Below are positions 8,675-17,921 of a DNA stretch of 24,284 nucleotides, in pieces (position 1 is the stretch's first letter; every line of letters begins with the position of its first letter). The stretch spans positions 1 through 24,284 of the forward strand of contig JAHDCS010000039.1 in the NCBI GenBank assembly GCA_020629755.1, read 5' to 3'. Origin of the DNA: Flavobacteriales bacterium (GTDB taxonomy: Bacteria; Bacteroidota; Bacteroidia; Flavobacteriales_G; JALEGO01). Under the pieces are notes generated by a model, which did not search any database, was not told where the DNA came from, and saw only the letters and a list, made by a program, of their open reading frames with translations. A program made the position numbers and the translations under genes.

Positions 8675-10420
8675 CTACTTTTTTGAGAAGGAGAGCGTGA
8701 CTTTTCCGGTTTTTTCTTTTTTAATGCCCGAACACTTTTCTGTATATTCTGCTACCCATGCATAATCGCCTTCACCATACACAGTGCCTTTTTGGTTTTT
8801 GCCATACCATTTAAATAAAGGGTTCTCAGATTCAAAAAGCACTTTTTGTGATTTGGGTTTAAAGATTTGAATTTTAAAATCTTCAATATCGTTTAAAGAG
8901 GCGCTAAAAAAATTATTAAATGGGCTTTTAGGGTTGAATTTTTGAACGGCTAAAAATCGGGTGGGTTTAACTGAAAAATCCACATAAATTTTTTTGGTTT
9001 TTTTGCAGTTATTCCCTGTGAGTGTCACCGCATAATAATCGCTATTAGAAACAGTAATAGAAGGCGTAGTTTCACCAGAAGACCATCGATAGTTGACATT
9101 TTTACCGCCAGGCGATAGGTCTATACTGTTTTCACATTTAACAGTTTTATCCGACAAGTTGATTCTGCAATCAGATGGTGTATCTAATAGATAAGATTCG
9201 TCTCCTAATGTGGTGTGTAGGGCTTCATTAGTTTCTTTTTTAATAGGGTTGTTTAAAACAGCAGGTCTAAAGGTATTAATAGGCTTACTTGGTAAGCCAT
9301 AGACCCCAAATTTAGTTCTTAAGTTTATTTTTGAGAGTTTAAAATTGCAGCTTTTGCCAGAGGCATTAGGCGATTCTATAACATCCATAAAGGTTGTTGT
9401 TTTAGTGAGATAAATTTTTTGATCAGGCCCCAATTGCAATGCGCCATAAGAGATCTCTTCATTATCATTTACAAATAGAGTTGTCTTTAGCCCACTTTGA
9501 TGTAGGTCGTATTGCACCAAGGTCTGTGGTCCTTCCAAATAAGAAACATAGAGTTTAGAGTTGTCTGGAGAAAATTCAATGCCATAAGCGTTTCCTTTTG
9601 AAGACAAGGCTTGTTCTAATTCTATTTTACCAGTGGTGTTATTAAACGTGAAAAGCTCAATGGGGGCATCTTCTCTATAACTTATAGCCAAGGCCAATCG
9701 CTTTGCGTTAGGAGAAACTTTCATTTGGCCTATAGATTCACTTTTATTGAATTTTTTGAGATTTTTATGCCATGCGCCAGCTTCAGAAATAACCTTTTGT
9801 TTGATTTTTCCTTTGCTATCTAATAAATAAGCGATAAACCCGTTTGAATTCCAGATGTGGGTGATGATCCATACAGATTTTTGATCAGCATGGGGCGCAG
9901 CAATTAATTTTTCACAAACAGATCGTGAAAGCGTTTGGTTTTTTTTGATGATTTTAATGGTTTGGGTGGATGATATATCAGGGGTTACTAATCCTTTGTT
10001 TGAAATACGTTGGTTGGTGTTTTGATCCATGACTTCAATCAAATGATAGTTGAAGCCATTGTAGTCTGCTTTTTCAGAGACCGTAAATAAGAAATATTGG
10101 TTTGCTTTGGAGGGATGGGCCACAATTTGAACGGATTGCGTGGAAGACAGATGGCCGAATAAAGGTTGATTGGGGTTTATTTTTTTATGATTTTTATTCC
10201 AGATAAAGACACCATTAGTATAGAATATTAAATTGCCATTTTGATCGGAGATGGCACTGCATCCTTCATCTGTGTAAAGCTCACTTTCAGCACAGGCTTC
10301 TACGTTAGCCGCATTAAAAGTTAAACAGGCGCCATTGCCAAAATGCCAATTTGAAAAATTTGCTTGTGCATGGCATAAGGCAAATGAATGTAATGCAAAT
10401 ACCCAAGTGAAAAATTTCAT
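8675..10420 (-). CDS. Secreted beta-propeller-like protein with a type-B T9SS C-terminal sorting domain, 581 aa
   Basis: Signal peptide MKFFTWVFALHSFALCHAQ. The N-terminal NW(H/Y)FGNGA...F motif is characteristic of a large Bacteroidetes secreted-protein family. The C-terminal ~100 aa (FNPKSPFNNFF...FKIQIFKPKSQKVLFES...WYGKNQKG...YAWVAEY...GKVTLSF) resembles the gliding-motility-associated C-terminal domain (TIGR04131-like), though it is diverged. Confidence 0.65.
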   Translation of the reverse strand: MKFFTWVFALHSFALCHAQANFSNWHFGNGACLTFNAANVEACAESELYTDEGCSAISDQNGNLIFYTNGVFIWNKNHKKINPNQPLFGHLSSTQSVQIVAHPSKANQYFLFTVSEKADYNGFNYHLIEVMDQNTNQRISNKGLVTPDISSTQTIKIIKKNQTLSRSVCEKLIAAPHADQKSVWIITHIWNSNGFIAYLLDSKGKIKQKVISEAGAWHKNLKKFNKSESIGQMKVSPNAKRLALAISYREDAPIELFTFNNTTGKIELEQALSSKGNAYGIEFSPDNSKLYVSYLEGPQTLVQYDLHQSGLKTTLFVNDNEEISYGALQLGPDQKIYLTKTTTFMDVIESPNASGKSCNFKLSKINLRTKFGVYGLPSKPINTFRPAVLNNPIKKETNEALHTTLGDESYLLDTPSDCRINLSDKTVKCENSIDLSPGGKNVNYRWSSGETTPSITVSNSDYYAVTLTGNNCKKTKKIYVDFSVKPTRFLAVQKFNPKSPFNNFFSASLNDIEDFKIQIFKPKSQKVLFESENPLFKWYGKNQKGTVYGEGDYAWVAEYTEKCSGIKKEKTGKVTLSFSKK

Positions 10421-10428
10421 AAGAAAGT

Positions 10429-13400
10429 TTACTTATAAACTTTTATGACTGCTCGTCTATTTAATTGTCGACCATTAGGGTTATCAGAGCCATCTGGTCT
10501 TGTATTTGAAGCAGCTGGCTTTTCTTCACCAAAGAACTCAGTCGTGTATCGATCCTCTAAAATATCAAAAGCTGCGATAAAGTCAGTGACTGATTTAACT
10601 CTTTTTTTGGATAAGTTGAGGTTAAAAGAATTATGTCCGATGGCATCGGCATGCCCCTCAATTTTTAGTTTCAACGACTTATCCAAGGTGCAGTTGTCTG
10701 CAATTTGCTTTAAAGATTTAAAATAGGTTGATTTAATATCATGTTTTGTAAAATCAAAATAAATAATCAGTTCGTTAATAGGTTTAAATTCAGCTGTTGC
10801 CTCTGTTGTTTTTTTACTGTCTAAGCAGGCCTGACAATTGGGGTTAGGATCACACGGATCATTCGGGTCGCTTTTGGTGGCGTTGCCCGTGGTTTCGTTA
10901 TAATCAGTAAGGCCATCTTTATCAGAGTCTGTTTTATCGTTAGCTGCTAAAGAGGCTTTGTAATCTAAACAAGCCTGGCAATTAGGGTTAGGATCACACG
11001 GATCATTCGGATCGCTTTTGGTGGCGTTGCCAGTGGTTTCGTTATAATCAGTAAGGCCATCTTTATCAGAGTCTGTTTTATCGTTAGCTGCTAAAGAGGC
11101 TTTGTAATCTAAACAAGCCTGGCAATTAGGGTTAGGATCACACGGATCATTCGGATCGCTTTTGGTGGCGTTGCCAGTGGTTTCGTTATAATCAGTAAGG
11201 CCATCTTTATCAGAGTCGGTTTTGTCATTGGCTGCTAAAGAGGCTTTGTAATCTAAACAAGCCTGGCAATTGGGGTTAGGATCGCACGGATCATTCGGAT
11301 CACTTTTGGTGGCGTTACCAGTAGTTTCGTTATAATCAGTAAGGCCATCACCGTCAGTATCTGTGCTATTTACAAGCGTATTGTCAATTGATTCTTCAGA
11401 TGATTTTTTGCTACCCCCTTGATCTAGACAAGCCTGACAGCTAGGGTTGGGATCACAAGGGTCATTTGGGTCACTTTTGATGGCGTTGCCAATAGTTTCA
11501 TTGTAATTAGAGATGCCGTCTTTATCATCATCAGCATTATTGTTGTTTGCAGCTAAGCTTGAGAGATAATCCTTACAGGCTTGGCAGTTTGGATCAGGGT
11601 CACAGGGATCGTTAGGGTCGCTTTTTACTTTGTTTGAAATGATTTCAGCGTAGTCAATTAACCCATCATTGTCTGAATCTACATTAAGTAGATCAGTTTC
11701 TATAGATTCATCGTCAGACGATTTTTTTGTTAATGCAATTTCATTGTCATCTAACACTCTGTTTTTGCAGGCTTCGCAATTAGGATTAGGATCACAAGGA
11801 TCTAAAGGGTTGCTTTTAAGTTCGGTAAGTTCTTTGCCATTAGAAAATCCATCGCCATCTGTATCTTTATTTTGCTGCGCTATAACAGACTCTTCATCCC
11901 CCACTTTTCGGGCATATATTTCATTAGGCAACACATTTATGGTATCACCATTTCTAGTAATTTGCTTGGTGGTATTTAAAGTAGAATAAAAAAGCTCTTC
12001 AGTGTGTTCTTCTTTTTCAACTACTTGATCCATTGATTGTGTAATGCCATCAGTTAGTACATCAATGTGGTCTATCTTTTTCTGAACATAATCTTTGTTT
12101 TCTTTGTTGGCGTTTACATCATGAATAAGCTCATCAACATATGTGGCGTTGGGGTGTAAAAGCTCAGGATCAAATTGATGATCACTTTCTCTTAAGTTAT
12201 CAAAAGAATTGTAAACGGTAATTTCTTCATACGTAATAGAATCATTTGAGATCTTTTTTAAGACAACCTCTTGATAAAGCTCGTGAAACTTATCTTGACT
12301 TGGAATATTTAAATCAATTTGATATTTTTCAAACCCGTCTCCGGTAACAACCATAGAGTAATTATCACCTGGTGGTACAATGATTAGGTACTTTCCACTG
12401 CTTGAGTTCGGTTTGTAGACTGAACTTAAAGATTCATCTGTTTTCTTATCGATAATTTCTATAGCCACGCTTTCAATAGATCCGCCATCAGCAGATTTCA
12501 CAAGTCCTTTAATCAAGATAAGAGGATCTACATTTTCATCAAGTACTACCTTATAGATGTCTTCTTTGCCTTGACTGTCAATTCTTGATGAGCTAAAATA
12601 AGCCTTTCTACCATCGGCAGTAAGTGAAAAATGTACATCGTTATGCACGGTATTAATAGGATAGCCTAAATTTTCTGGAATGCTCCATGAGCCATTTTCT
12701 TGAAGCACCGTTCTGAAAATATCATATCCCCCCATATTTTCACCACCTCTTGAGCTAAAAAAGAGCGTTTTGCCATCTGGGTGAATAAAAGGAGACTCTT
12801 CGTTTAAGTCAGAATTGATGATATTTCCTAAATTCTTTGGTTCTCCCCATTGGCCATCGTCTTTTTTCTTTGCCATGTAAATATCTAAACCACCCAATCC
12901 TCCTTTTCTATCACTGGTAAAAAATATGGTTTTGTGATCAAGGGTCATACAAGCACTTGTTTCCCAGAATTTTTTATGATTTATAGTCTTACCATCATCG
13001 ATCATTTGAGGTGTAGACCATTCTGTTCCGGATTGCTTACTTACAAAAAAAGCCCCTGAGTGCTCATCTCCTTTGTAAAGAATAAGTTCGCGTCCGTCAG
13101 GAGAAATACCAACAGACGCTTCATGGTCATTTGTGTTTATATTTTTACTGATCGGTTGTACTTCAGATAGGTAGCCAAGGTTATCTCTGCTAGTCGTATA
13201 AATATCCTCAAAATATTCATCATTTTCGTCTTTGTTTTGCCCCGTTGAAGTCGATCGTTTAGACGTAAATATTAAAACGCTTTCATCAGATGAAATCAGA
13301 GGTTTGTAATCTTTGTAGGTGCTATTTACAGTGCCTTTTACATCAAATACGTTATAATTCTTAGCATTTGCATATTGTTCTTTAGCATAATTAACTTGTG

Positions 13401-13827
13401 TGATTTTTTGATTGACATCTTTAAGTTGCAGAGCATCAAAGTCACCCCCTTCTTTTGACTTTTCAAGGTAGAATAATGCACTATCAAAATTCTCATTCAA
13501 GTGAAAAGACTCCCCTAAAAAATAATAATAGGCACTTTTAAATTCAGATTGAGAAAACTGAGACTCAGAACGAAGTATGCTTAGCGCAGCCTGTTCATCT
13601 TGGTCCATGTTGACTAAACAAGTTGCTTTTCTGAATTTAAAATAAGACGAATCTTCTGAGTCAACCTGAGCTAAGTCAGAGTATAATTTATAGGCCTTAA
13701 CGAAATTGCCTTCATAATAGGCTTCTTCTGCAGCTTCTATTTTTTTGCCAATATTTTTATATTCTTCTTGACCGTAAGAAACAATTGTAAGAAAACTGAA
13801 ATAGAAAAGAGTAAGTAAAATGCGCAT
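10429..13827 (-). CDS. OmpA-family outer-membrane protein, 1132 aa. Order of parts: signal peptide, TPR-like helical region, PD40/TolB-type beta-propeller repeats, thrombospondin type-3-like Ca-binding tandem repeats, C-terminal OmpA peptidoglycan-binding domain
   Basis: Signal peptide MRILLTLFYFSFLTIVSYGQ. PD40-like repeats are present (ISPDGRELILY, TLDHKTIFFTSDR, IHPDGKTLFFSSR, LTADGRKAYFSSSR). Eight copies of DxDxDG...DPNDPCDPNPNCQAC form TSP3-like Asp-rich calcium-binding loops. The OmpA-C domain carries the usual FDF...L.....L...........I.GHAD..G....N..LS..RA..V..YL...G motif (here GHADAIGHNSFNLNLSKKRVKSV ... NRRAVIKV). Confidence 0.85.
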   Translation of the reverse strand: MRILLTLFYFSFLTIVSYGQEEYKNIGKKIEAAEEAYYEGNFVKAYKLYSDLAQVDSEDSSYFKFRKATCLVNMDQDEQAALSILRSESQFSQSEFKSAYYYFLGESFHLNENFDSALFYLEKSKEGGDFDALQLKDVNQKITQVNYAKEQYANAKNYNVFDVKGTVNSTYKDYKPLISSDESVLIFTSKRSTSTGQNKDENDEYFEDIYTTSRDNLGYLSEVQPISKNINTNDHEASVGISPDGRELILYKGDEHSGAFFVSKQSGTEWSTPQMIDDGKTINHKKFWETSACMTLDHKTIFFTSDRKGGLGGLDIYMAKKKDDGQWGEPKNLGNIINSDLNEESPFIHPDGKTLFFSSRGGENMGGYDIFRTVLQENGSWSIPENLGYPINTVHNDVHFSLTADGRKAYFSSSRIDSQGKEDIYKVVLDENVDPLILIKGLVKSADGGSIESVAIEIIDKKTDESLSSVYKPNSSSGKYLIIVPPGDNYSMVVTGDGFEKYQIDLNIPSQDKFHELYQEVVLKKISNDSITYEEITVYNSFDNLRESDHQFDPELLHPNATYVDELIHDVNANKENKDYVQKKIDHIDVLTDGITQSMDQVVEKEEHTEELFYSTLNTTKQITRNGDTINVLPNEIYARKVGDEESVIAQQNKDTDGDGFSNGKELTELKSNPLDPCDPNPNCEACKNRVLDDNEIALTKKSSDDESIETDLLNVDSDNDGLIDYAEIISNKVKSDPNDPCDPDPNCQACKDYLSSLAANNNNADDDKDGISNYNETIGNAIKSDPNDPCDPNPSCQACLDQGGSKKSSEESIDNTLVNSTDTDGDGLTDYNETTGNATKSDPNDPCDPNPNCQACLDYKASLAANDKTDSDKDGLTDYNETTGNATKSDPNDPCDPNPNCQACLDYKASLAANDKTDSDKDGLTDYNETTGNATKSDPNDPCDPNPNCQACLDYKASLAANDKTDSDKDGLTDYNETTGNATKSDPNDPCDPNPNCQACLDSKKTTEATAEFKPINELIIYFDFTKHDIKSTYFKSLKQIADNCTLDKSLKLKIEGHADAIGHNSFNLNLSKKRVKSVTDFIAAFDILEDRYTTEFFGEEKPAASNTRPDGSDNPNGRQLNRRAVIKVYK
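10820..11860. repeat. In-frame coding tandem repeat array with a 144-bp (48-aa) unit
   Basis: Unit start positions counted at ~10826, 10970, 11114 and 11258, giving four copies that are >95% identical. Three progressively degenerate copies follow toward 11860 (anchors near 11430, 11575, 11770). All lie inside the OmpA-family CDS and encode the TSP3-like repeats. Confidence 0.9.
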
Positions 13828-13943
13828 GTTCTTTATTTCTAGTTACAGCCAAATGTAAAAAAAATACAATGGTTATATTTCGTTTCTGATTTAAATTTCA
13901 AAAACGAATTGTTAGTAACCTTATGTTTTAAACAAATAGCATT

Positions 13944-13951
13944 TAGTTTTG
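13944..13951 (+). promoter_or_regulatory. Candidate -7 box (TAgtTTTG) for the pyruvate carboxylase gene
   Basis: TAGTTTTG matches TAnnTTTG and sits 20 nt upstream of the ATG at 13971, within an AT-rich 143-bp divergent intergenic region shared with the OmpA-family gene. No clear -33 TTG at the canonical spacing. Confidence 0.3.
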
Positions 13952-13970
13952 TATTAGAAAATAGAAATCA

Positions 13971-16900
13971 ATGAAAAAAAAGATTCAGAAAGTTCTAGTA
14001 GCTAATCGTGGAGAAATCGCCATTCGGATTTTTCGTTCATGTGTTGAATTGGGTGTCAAAACGGTTGGTGTTTATACGTTTGAAGACCGGTATTCTCTTC
14101 ATAGGTACAAAGCAGATGAATCTTATCAAATAGGAGACCAATCACAGCCCTTAAAACCGTATTTAGATATTCAGGGTATTATTGCTTTAGCTAAAGAGAA
14201 ACAGGTAGATGCCATTCATCCGGGCTATGGCTTTTTATCAGAAAATGCTGAGTTTGCAAAAGAGTGTGCACACAATGGGATTGTATTTATTGGGCCTGAT
14301 TATAAAGCCATGGATGCTTTAGGTAATAAAATTAAAGCAAAAATTCTGGCAGATAAGCATGGTGTGCCTACTATACCAAGTAGTCAAAAAGAGCTAAAGG
14401 ATCTTAAAACGGCACAAGTGCAAGCACAAAAAATTGGATATCCACTCATGTTAAAAGCAGCTTCTGGAGGGGGAGGTAGAGGGATGCGTATTTTAAGATC
14501 AGAAAAAGATTTAGAGAAAAGCTTTTTAGAAGCTAGGCGGGAAGCGAAAAACGCCTTTGGAGACGACACTCTTTTTTTAGAAAAGTTTATTGAAACACCT
14601 AAGCACATTGAGGTACAGATTGTAGCCGATCATCATGGCCATATGATTCACCTTTTTGAACGCGATTGCTCGTTGCAAAGACGGCATCAAAAGGTGATTG
14701 AAATGGCTCCTGCTTTTTCTTTAAACTCAGAGGTGAGGTCAAAATTGCATGCCTATGCAATGGTTTTGTGCAAAGCGGTTAATTACAATAACATTGGCAC
14801 GGTAGAATTTTTAGTAGACCAACACGACAATATCTTTTTTATTGAGGTAAATCCGAGGATTCAGGTAGAACATACGGTTACAGAAATGATAACGGGTATT
14901 GATTTGGTAAAGTCTCAAATTATGATTGCCAGTGGTGAAAAATTGACTGATAATGCGTCTACAAAAAGCCAAGAAAATATTAAAATCAATGGTTTTGCCA
15001 TACAATGTCGTGTCACTACTGAAGATCCGGCAGAAGGGTTTAAACCAGATTATGGCACCATTACCACCTATAGAAGTGCAACAGGATACGGCATTCGATT
15101 AGACGAAGGAAGCGTATATCAAGGGGCAATGATTAGTCCATTTTTTGATTCTATGCTGGTGAAGATAACCTCTCATTCTTCTTCATTTGACGGCGCCATC
15201 CGAAAAATAAATAGAGCACTTAAAGAAACACGTATCAGAGGGGTAAAAACCAACATTGGTTTTCTTTTGAATATTCTTAAAGAGGAGGCTTTTAAAAAAG
15301 GCCGTATTCATGTCGACTTTATTAAACAAAATCCAGCTCTTTTTCAGATCAAACGCAATCAAGATAGAGCCTCTAAAATTGTACAATACTTAGGTGACAT
15401 TATAGTGAATGGCAATAGTGATGTGAAACAGATTCCTGAAGACTTAAATTTCGAAACGCCACTTGTTCCGTCTTATGATGTGTACAGCGGTTTTCCGAAA
15501 GGATCTAAAAACAGGTTAGACGAATTAGGGCCAGACGCTTTTATAAAGTGGATAAAGCAAACCAAACATATTCTTTACACCGATACCACTCTTAGAGACG
15601 CCCATCAATCTCTTTTAGCCACACGAATGCGTACTTATGATATGCTAAAGGTTGTAGAGTCTTACGCAAAGCATCATCCCGAAATTTTTAGTTTAGAAGT
15701 TTGGGGTGGCGCAACTTTTGATGTGTGTTTGCGGTTTTTGCATGAAAATCCATGGTCGAGGCTTACGGAAATAAGAAAGCGTGTGCCTAATATACTCTTA
15801 CAGATGCTTCTTAGAGGATCGAATGCGGTAGGCTACAGTTCATACCCAGACAATTTGATTGAAAAGTTCATTGAGGTGTCTTTTGAAAAGGGCATTGATG
15901 TATTTCGGATTTTTGATTCGCAGAATTGGATGAGAAATATGGAAACCAGTATTCAGACAGTTCGAAATAAAACCAAAGGCATTGCCCAGGTCTGCATTTG
16001 TTACACGGGCGATGTTTTAGATCTTAAGAAGACTAAGTATAATTTAGAGTACTACATCACAAAAGCTAAAGAGGTTGAAAATGCAGGGGCTCATATGATT
16101 GCCATAAAAGATATGGCTGGTCTTTTAAAACCTTATGCGGCTCAAATTTTAATAGAAGCACTTAAAGATGCAGTGAATATTCCTATACAACTGCATACGC
16201 ACGACACGTCTTCTTTACAAACAGCGACCTATCTAAAAGCAATAGAGGCAAATGTTGATGTAGTTGATGTAGCTTTGGGTGGATTGTCTGGTCTTACTTC
16301 TCAGCCAAATTTTAATGCGGTTGTTGAGATGATGAAGTTTCATCCAAGAGCTCAAAAAATCAATACACAGAGCTTACAGAAATTCTCAAACTATTTTGAA
16401 AAAACAAGAGCCTATTATAGCCCTTTTGAATCAGGTTTGAAAGCCTCTACAGCAGAAGTGTTTACACATGAAATTCCTGGCGGACAATATTCAAATTTAA
16501 AGCCCCAGGCCAAAGCATTAGGGTTAGAAGACCGCTTTGAAGAAATTAAAGAAAAATACGCCCAGGTGAATCATCTTTTTGGGGATGTCATAAAAGTGAC
16601 GCCTAGTTCAAAGGTGGTAGGCGATATGGCGCAATTTTTAGTAACCAATAATATTGACACAAACGCCGTTTTAGAGAAAGGGGATGTTTTGTCATTTCCT
16701 GAATCTGTTCAGGCTTTTTTTAGGGGGGATTTAGGGCAGCCTGAAGGTGGATTTCCTAAGGCTTTGCAACGCATTATTCTGAAAGATCAAAAGCCCTACA
16801 CTGAAAAGCCAAATGATCATTTGCCTGCCATTGACTTTGACGCTGAATTCGACCGTTTTAAAACACAATTCCAAAAAGGGTTTTCAAGAACACTTGAACT

Positions 16901-17438
16901 CTCTGATTTTCTCTCTTACAAGCTTTACCCTAAAGTTTGGCAGCAGGCCTTTGAAAAGCATTCGCTCTTTGGAGACATTTCCAAAATACCCACTCAAAAC
17001 TTTTTTTATGGGATGCAGCCTATGGAAGAAACCATCATTGAGATTGCTGAGGGAAAGACCATCATTGTTAAACTACTTTCTATAGGACCTGTAGATGCCA
17101 ATGGGATGCGTATGGTATTTTTTAAAGTGAATGGGCAAACCAGAAATGTGCTGGTGAAAGACCAAAACTCAAGGGTTGAAAAAATAGAAAATGTTAAGGC
17201 AGATAAACACAATGCAGGTCATATTGCCGCTCCTTTACAAGGGCTTTTAAGTCAAACATTTGTAAAAAAAGGAGATCAAATTAAAAAGAATCAACCTTTG
17301 GCTGTTATTGAAGCCATGAAAATGGAAACGACCATCACCGCGCCTTTTGATGGATTAGTCTCAAAACTGCATTTGAAAAAAGGGGCGATGATCCAAGCCG
17401 AAGATTTAATCTTAGAAATAGACCAAAATGTGTCCTAA
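13971..17438 (+). CDS. pyc: Pyruvate carboxylase, single-chain, 1155 aa. Domains in order: biotin carboxylase, carboxyltransferase, biotin carboxyl carrier
   Basis: The N-terminus is a biotin carboxylase domain (KVLVANRGEIAIRIFR, ATP-grasp GGGGRGMR, EVNPRIQVEHTVTE). The central carboxyltransferase domain carries DTTLRDAHQS and metal ligands HTHDTS. The C-terminal biotinyl domain carries EAMKMET. The 1155-aa length is canonical for PYC. Confidence 0.95.
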   Translation: MKKKIQKVLVANRGEIAIRIFRSCVELGVKTVGVYTFEDRYSLHRYKADESYQIGDQSQPLKPYLDIQGIIALAKEKQVDAIHPGYGFLSENAEFAKECAHNGIVFIGPDYKAMDALGNKIKAKILADKHGVPTIPSSQKELKDLKTAQVQAQKIGYPLMLKAASGGGGRGMRILRSEKDLEKSFLEARREAKNAFGDDTLFLEKFIETPKHIEVQIVADHHGHMIHLFERDCSLQRRHQKVIEMAPAFSLNSEVRSKLHAYAMVLCKAVNYNNIGTVEFLVDQHDNIFFIEVNPRIQVEHTVTEMITGIDLVKSQIMIASGEKLTDNASTKSQENIKINGFAIQCRVTTEDPAEGFKPDYGTITTYRSATGYGIRLDEGSVYQGAMISPFFDSMLVKITSHSSSFDGAIRKINRALKETRIRGVKTNIGFLLNILKEEAFKKGRIHVDFIKQNPALFQIKRNQDRASKIVQYLGDIIVNGNSDVKQIPEDLNFETPLVPSYDVYSGFPKGSKNRLDELGPDAFIKWIKQTKHILYTDTTLRDAHQSLLATRMRTYDMLKVVESYAKHHPEIFSLEVWGGATFDVCLRFLHENPWSRLTEIRKRVPNILLQMLLRGSNAVGYSSYPDNLIEKFIEVSFEKGIDVFRIFDSQNWMRNMETSIQTVRNKTKGIAQVCICYTGDVLDLKKTKYNLEYYITKAKEVENAGAHMIAIKDMAGLLKPYAAQILIEALKDAVNIPIQLHTHDTSSLQTATYLKAIEANVDVVDVALGGLSGLTSQPNFNAVVEMMKFHPRAQKINTQSLQKFSNYFEKTRAYYSPFESGLKASTAEVFTHEIPGGQYSNLKPQAKALGLEDRFEEIKEKYAQVNHLFGDVIKVTPSSKVVGDMAQFLVTNNIDTNAVLEKGDVLSFPESVQAFFRGDLGQPEGGFPKALQRIILKDQKPYTEKPNDHLPAIDFDAEFDRFKTQFQKGFSRTLELSDFLSYKLYPKVWQQAFEKHSLFGDISKIPTQNFFYGMQPMEETIIEIAEGKTIIVKLLSIGPVDANGMRMVFFKVNGQTRNVLVKDQNSRVEKIENVKADKHNAGHIAAPLQGLLSQTFVKKGDQIKKNQPLAVIEAMKMETTITAPFDGLVSKLHLKKGAMIQAEDLILEIDQNVS
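17313..17324 (+). other. pyc: Biotin attachment motif AMKM, with the biotinyl-lysine codon at 17319-17321
   Basis: In-frame GCC ATG AAA ATG encodes A-M-K-M about 38 residues from the C-terminus, the conserved position in biotinyl domains. Confidence 0.85.
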
Positions 17439-17889
17439 AAAGAAAAAGAAATCCCCCCAAATAAACCCAATAGACAAAGATAAAATTACAGAGAACCCGC
17501 ATTCTATTGCCTATCCGCATCAATTAGGTAGCGTATCTTTTGAGCCTACAAAAATGGGCGTGGTAAAGCGCAATGCCTATTCTGCTATGGCTGCACAAAC
17601 CCAAATGCAACTTAACCAGATTTATAAACAAATGGAGCTTTTAGCCAGTCAAGCTAAGCAAATTAAACAGCGCATGGAAATTTCAGATTTCATTTATCAA
17701 TCTAGTTACAGTTTTACACCACTAATCGGACACTTATATCATTTGTATCAGAAAGACAATAGCGAGTATACATTGTCATTAATAGGCCCAGAAGAATGGA
17801 AGAAGAAAAAACCATTGGGTGCTTTTAAAGCCTCGGTGCGCTTGCTTTCTGATCAAACTTGGCAGGTTGAAAAAGGCCATTTAGACTAA
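17428..17889 (+). CDS. Conserved hypothetical protein, 153 aa (or 111 aa from the internal Met at 17554)
   Basis: The ORF overlaps the pyc stop by 11 nt in the +1 frame. Its N-terminus is lysine-rich (MCPKKKKKSP), arising from an A-run. The remainder looks like a small globular alpha/beta protein (…LIGHLYHLYQKDNSEYTLSLIGPEEW…). I recall it as similar to a Bacteroidetes DUF-type family but cannot verify this. The alternative start at ATG 17554 would avoid the overlap. Confidence 0.5.
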   Translation: MCPKKKKKSPQINPIDKDKITENPHSIAYPHQLGSVSFEPTKMGVVKRNAYSAMAAQTQMQLNQIYKQMELLASQAKQIKQRMEISDFIYQSSYSFTPLIGHLYHLYQKDNSEYTLSLIGPEEWKKKKPLGAFKASVRLLSDQTWQVEKGHLD

Positions 17890-17921
17890 ACATTTTTTCA
17901 TTTTATTGGTTTACAAGTGGT

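Noticed and set aside
10820-11860. Regularly spaced direct repeats that could be mistaken for a CRISPR array
   Set aside because: The units are 144 bp, contiguous with no unique spacers, and lie in-frame within a long ORF. They encode TSP3-like protein repeats, which makes them a coding tandem repeat, not CRISPR.
10445-11989. Plus-strand ORFs 10445..10726 and 11669..11989 inside the OmpA-family gene
   Set aside because: These are antisense shadow ORFs of a long CDS. The second is generated by the Ser/Leu-rich reverse translation of the repeat region.
14384-17523. Minus-strand ORFs (14384..14608, 14811..15005, 15183..15386, 17006..17212, 17335..17523) and plus-strand ORF 16813..17085 overlapping pyc
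   Set aside because: They all lie within or antisense to pyruvate carboxylase, whose reading frame is confirmed by conserved motifs along its entire length.
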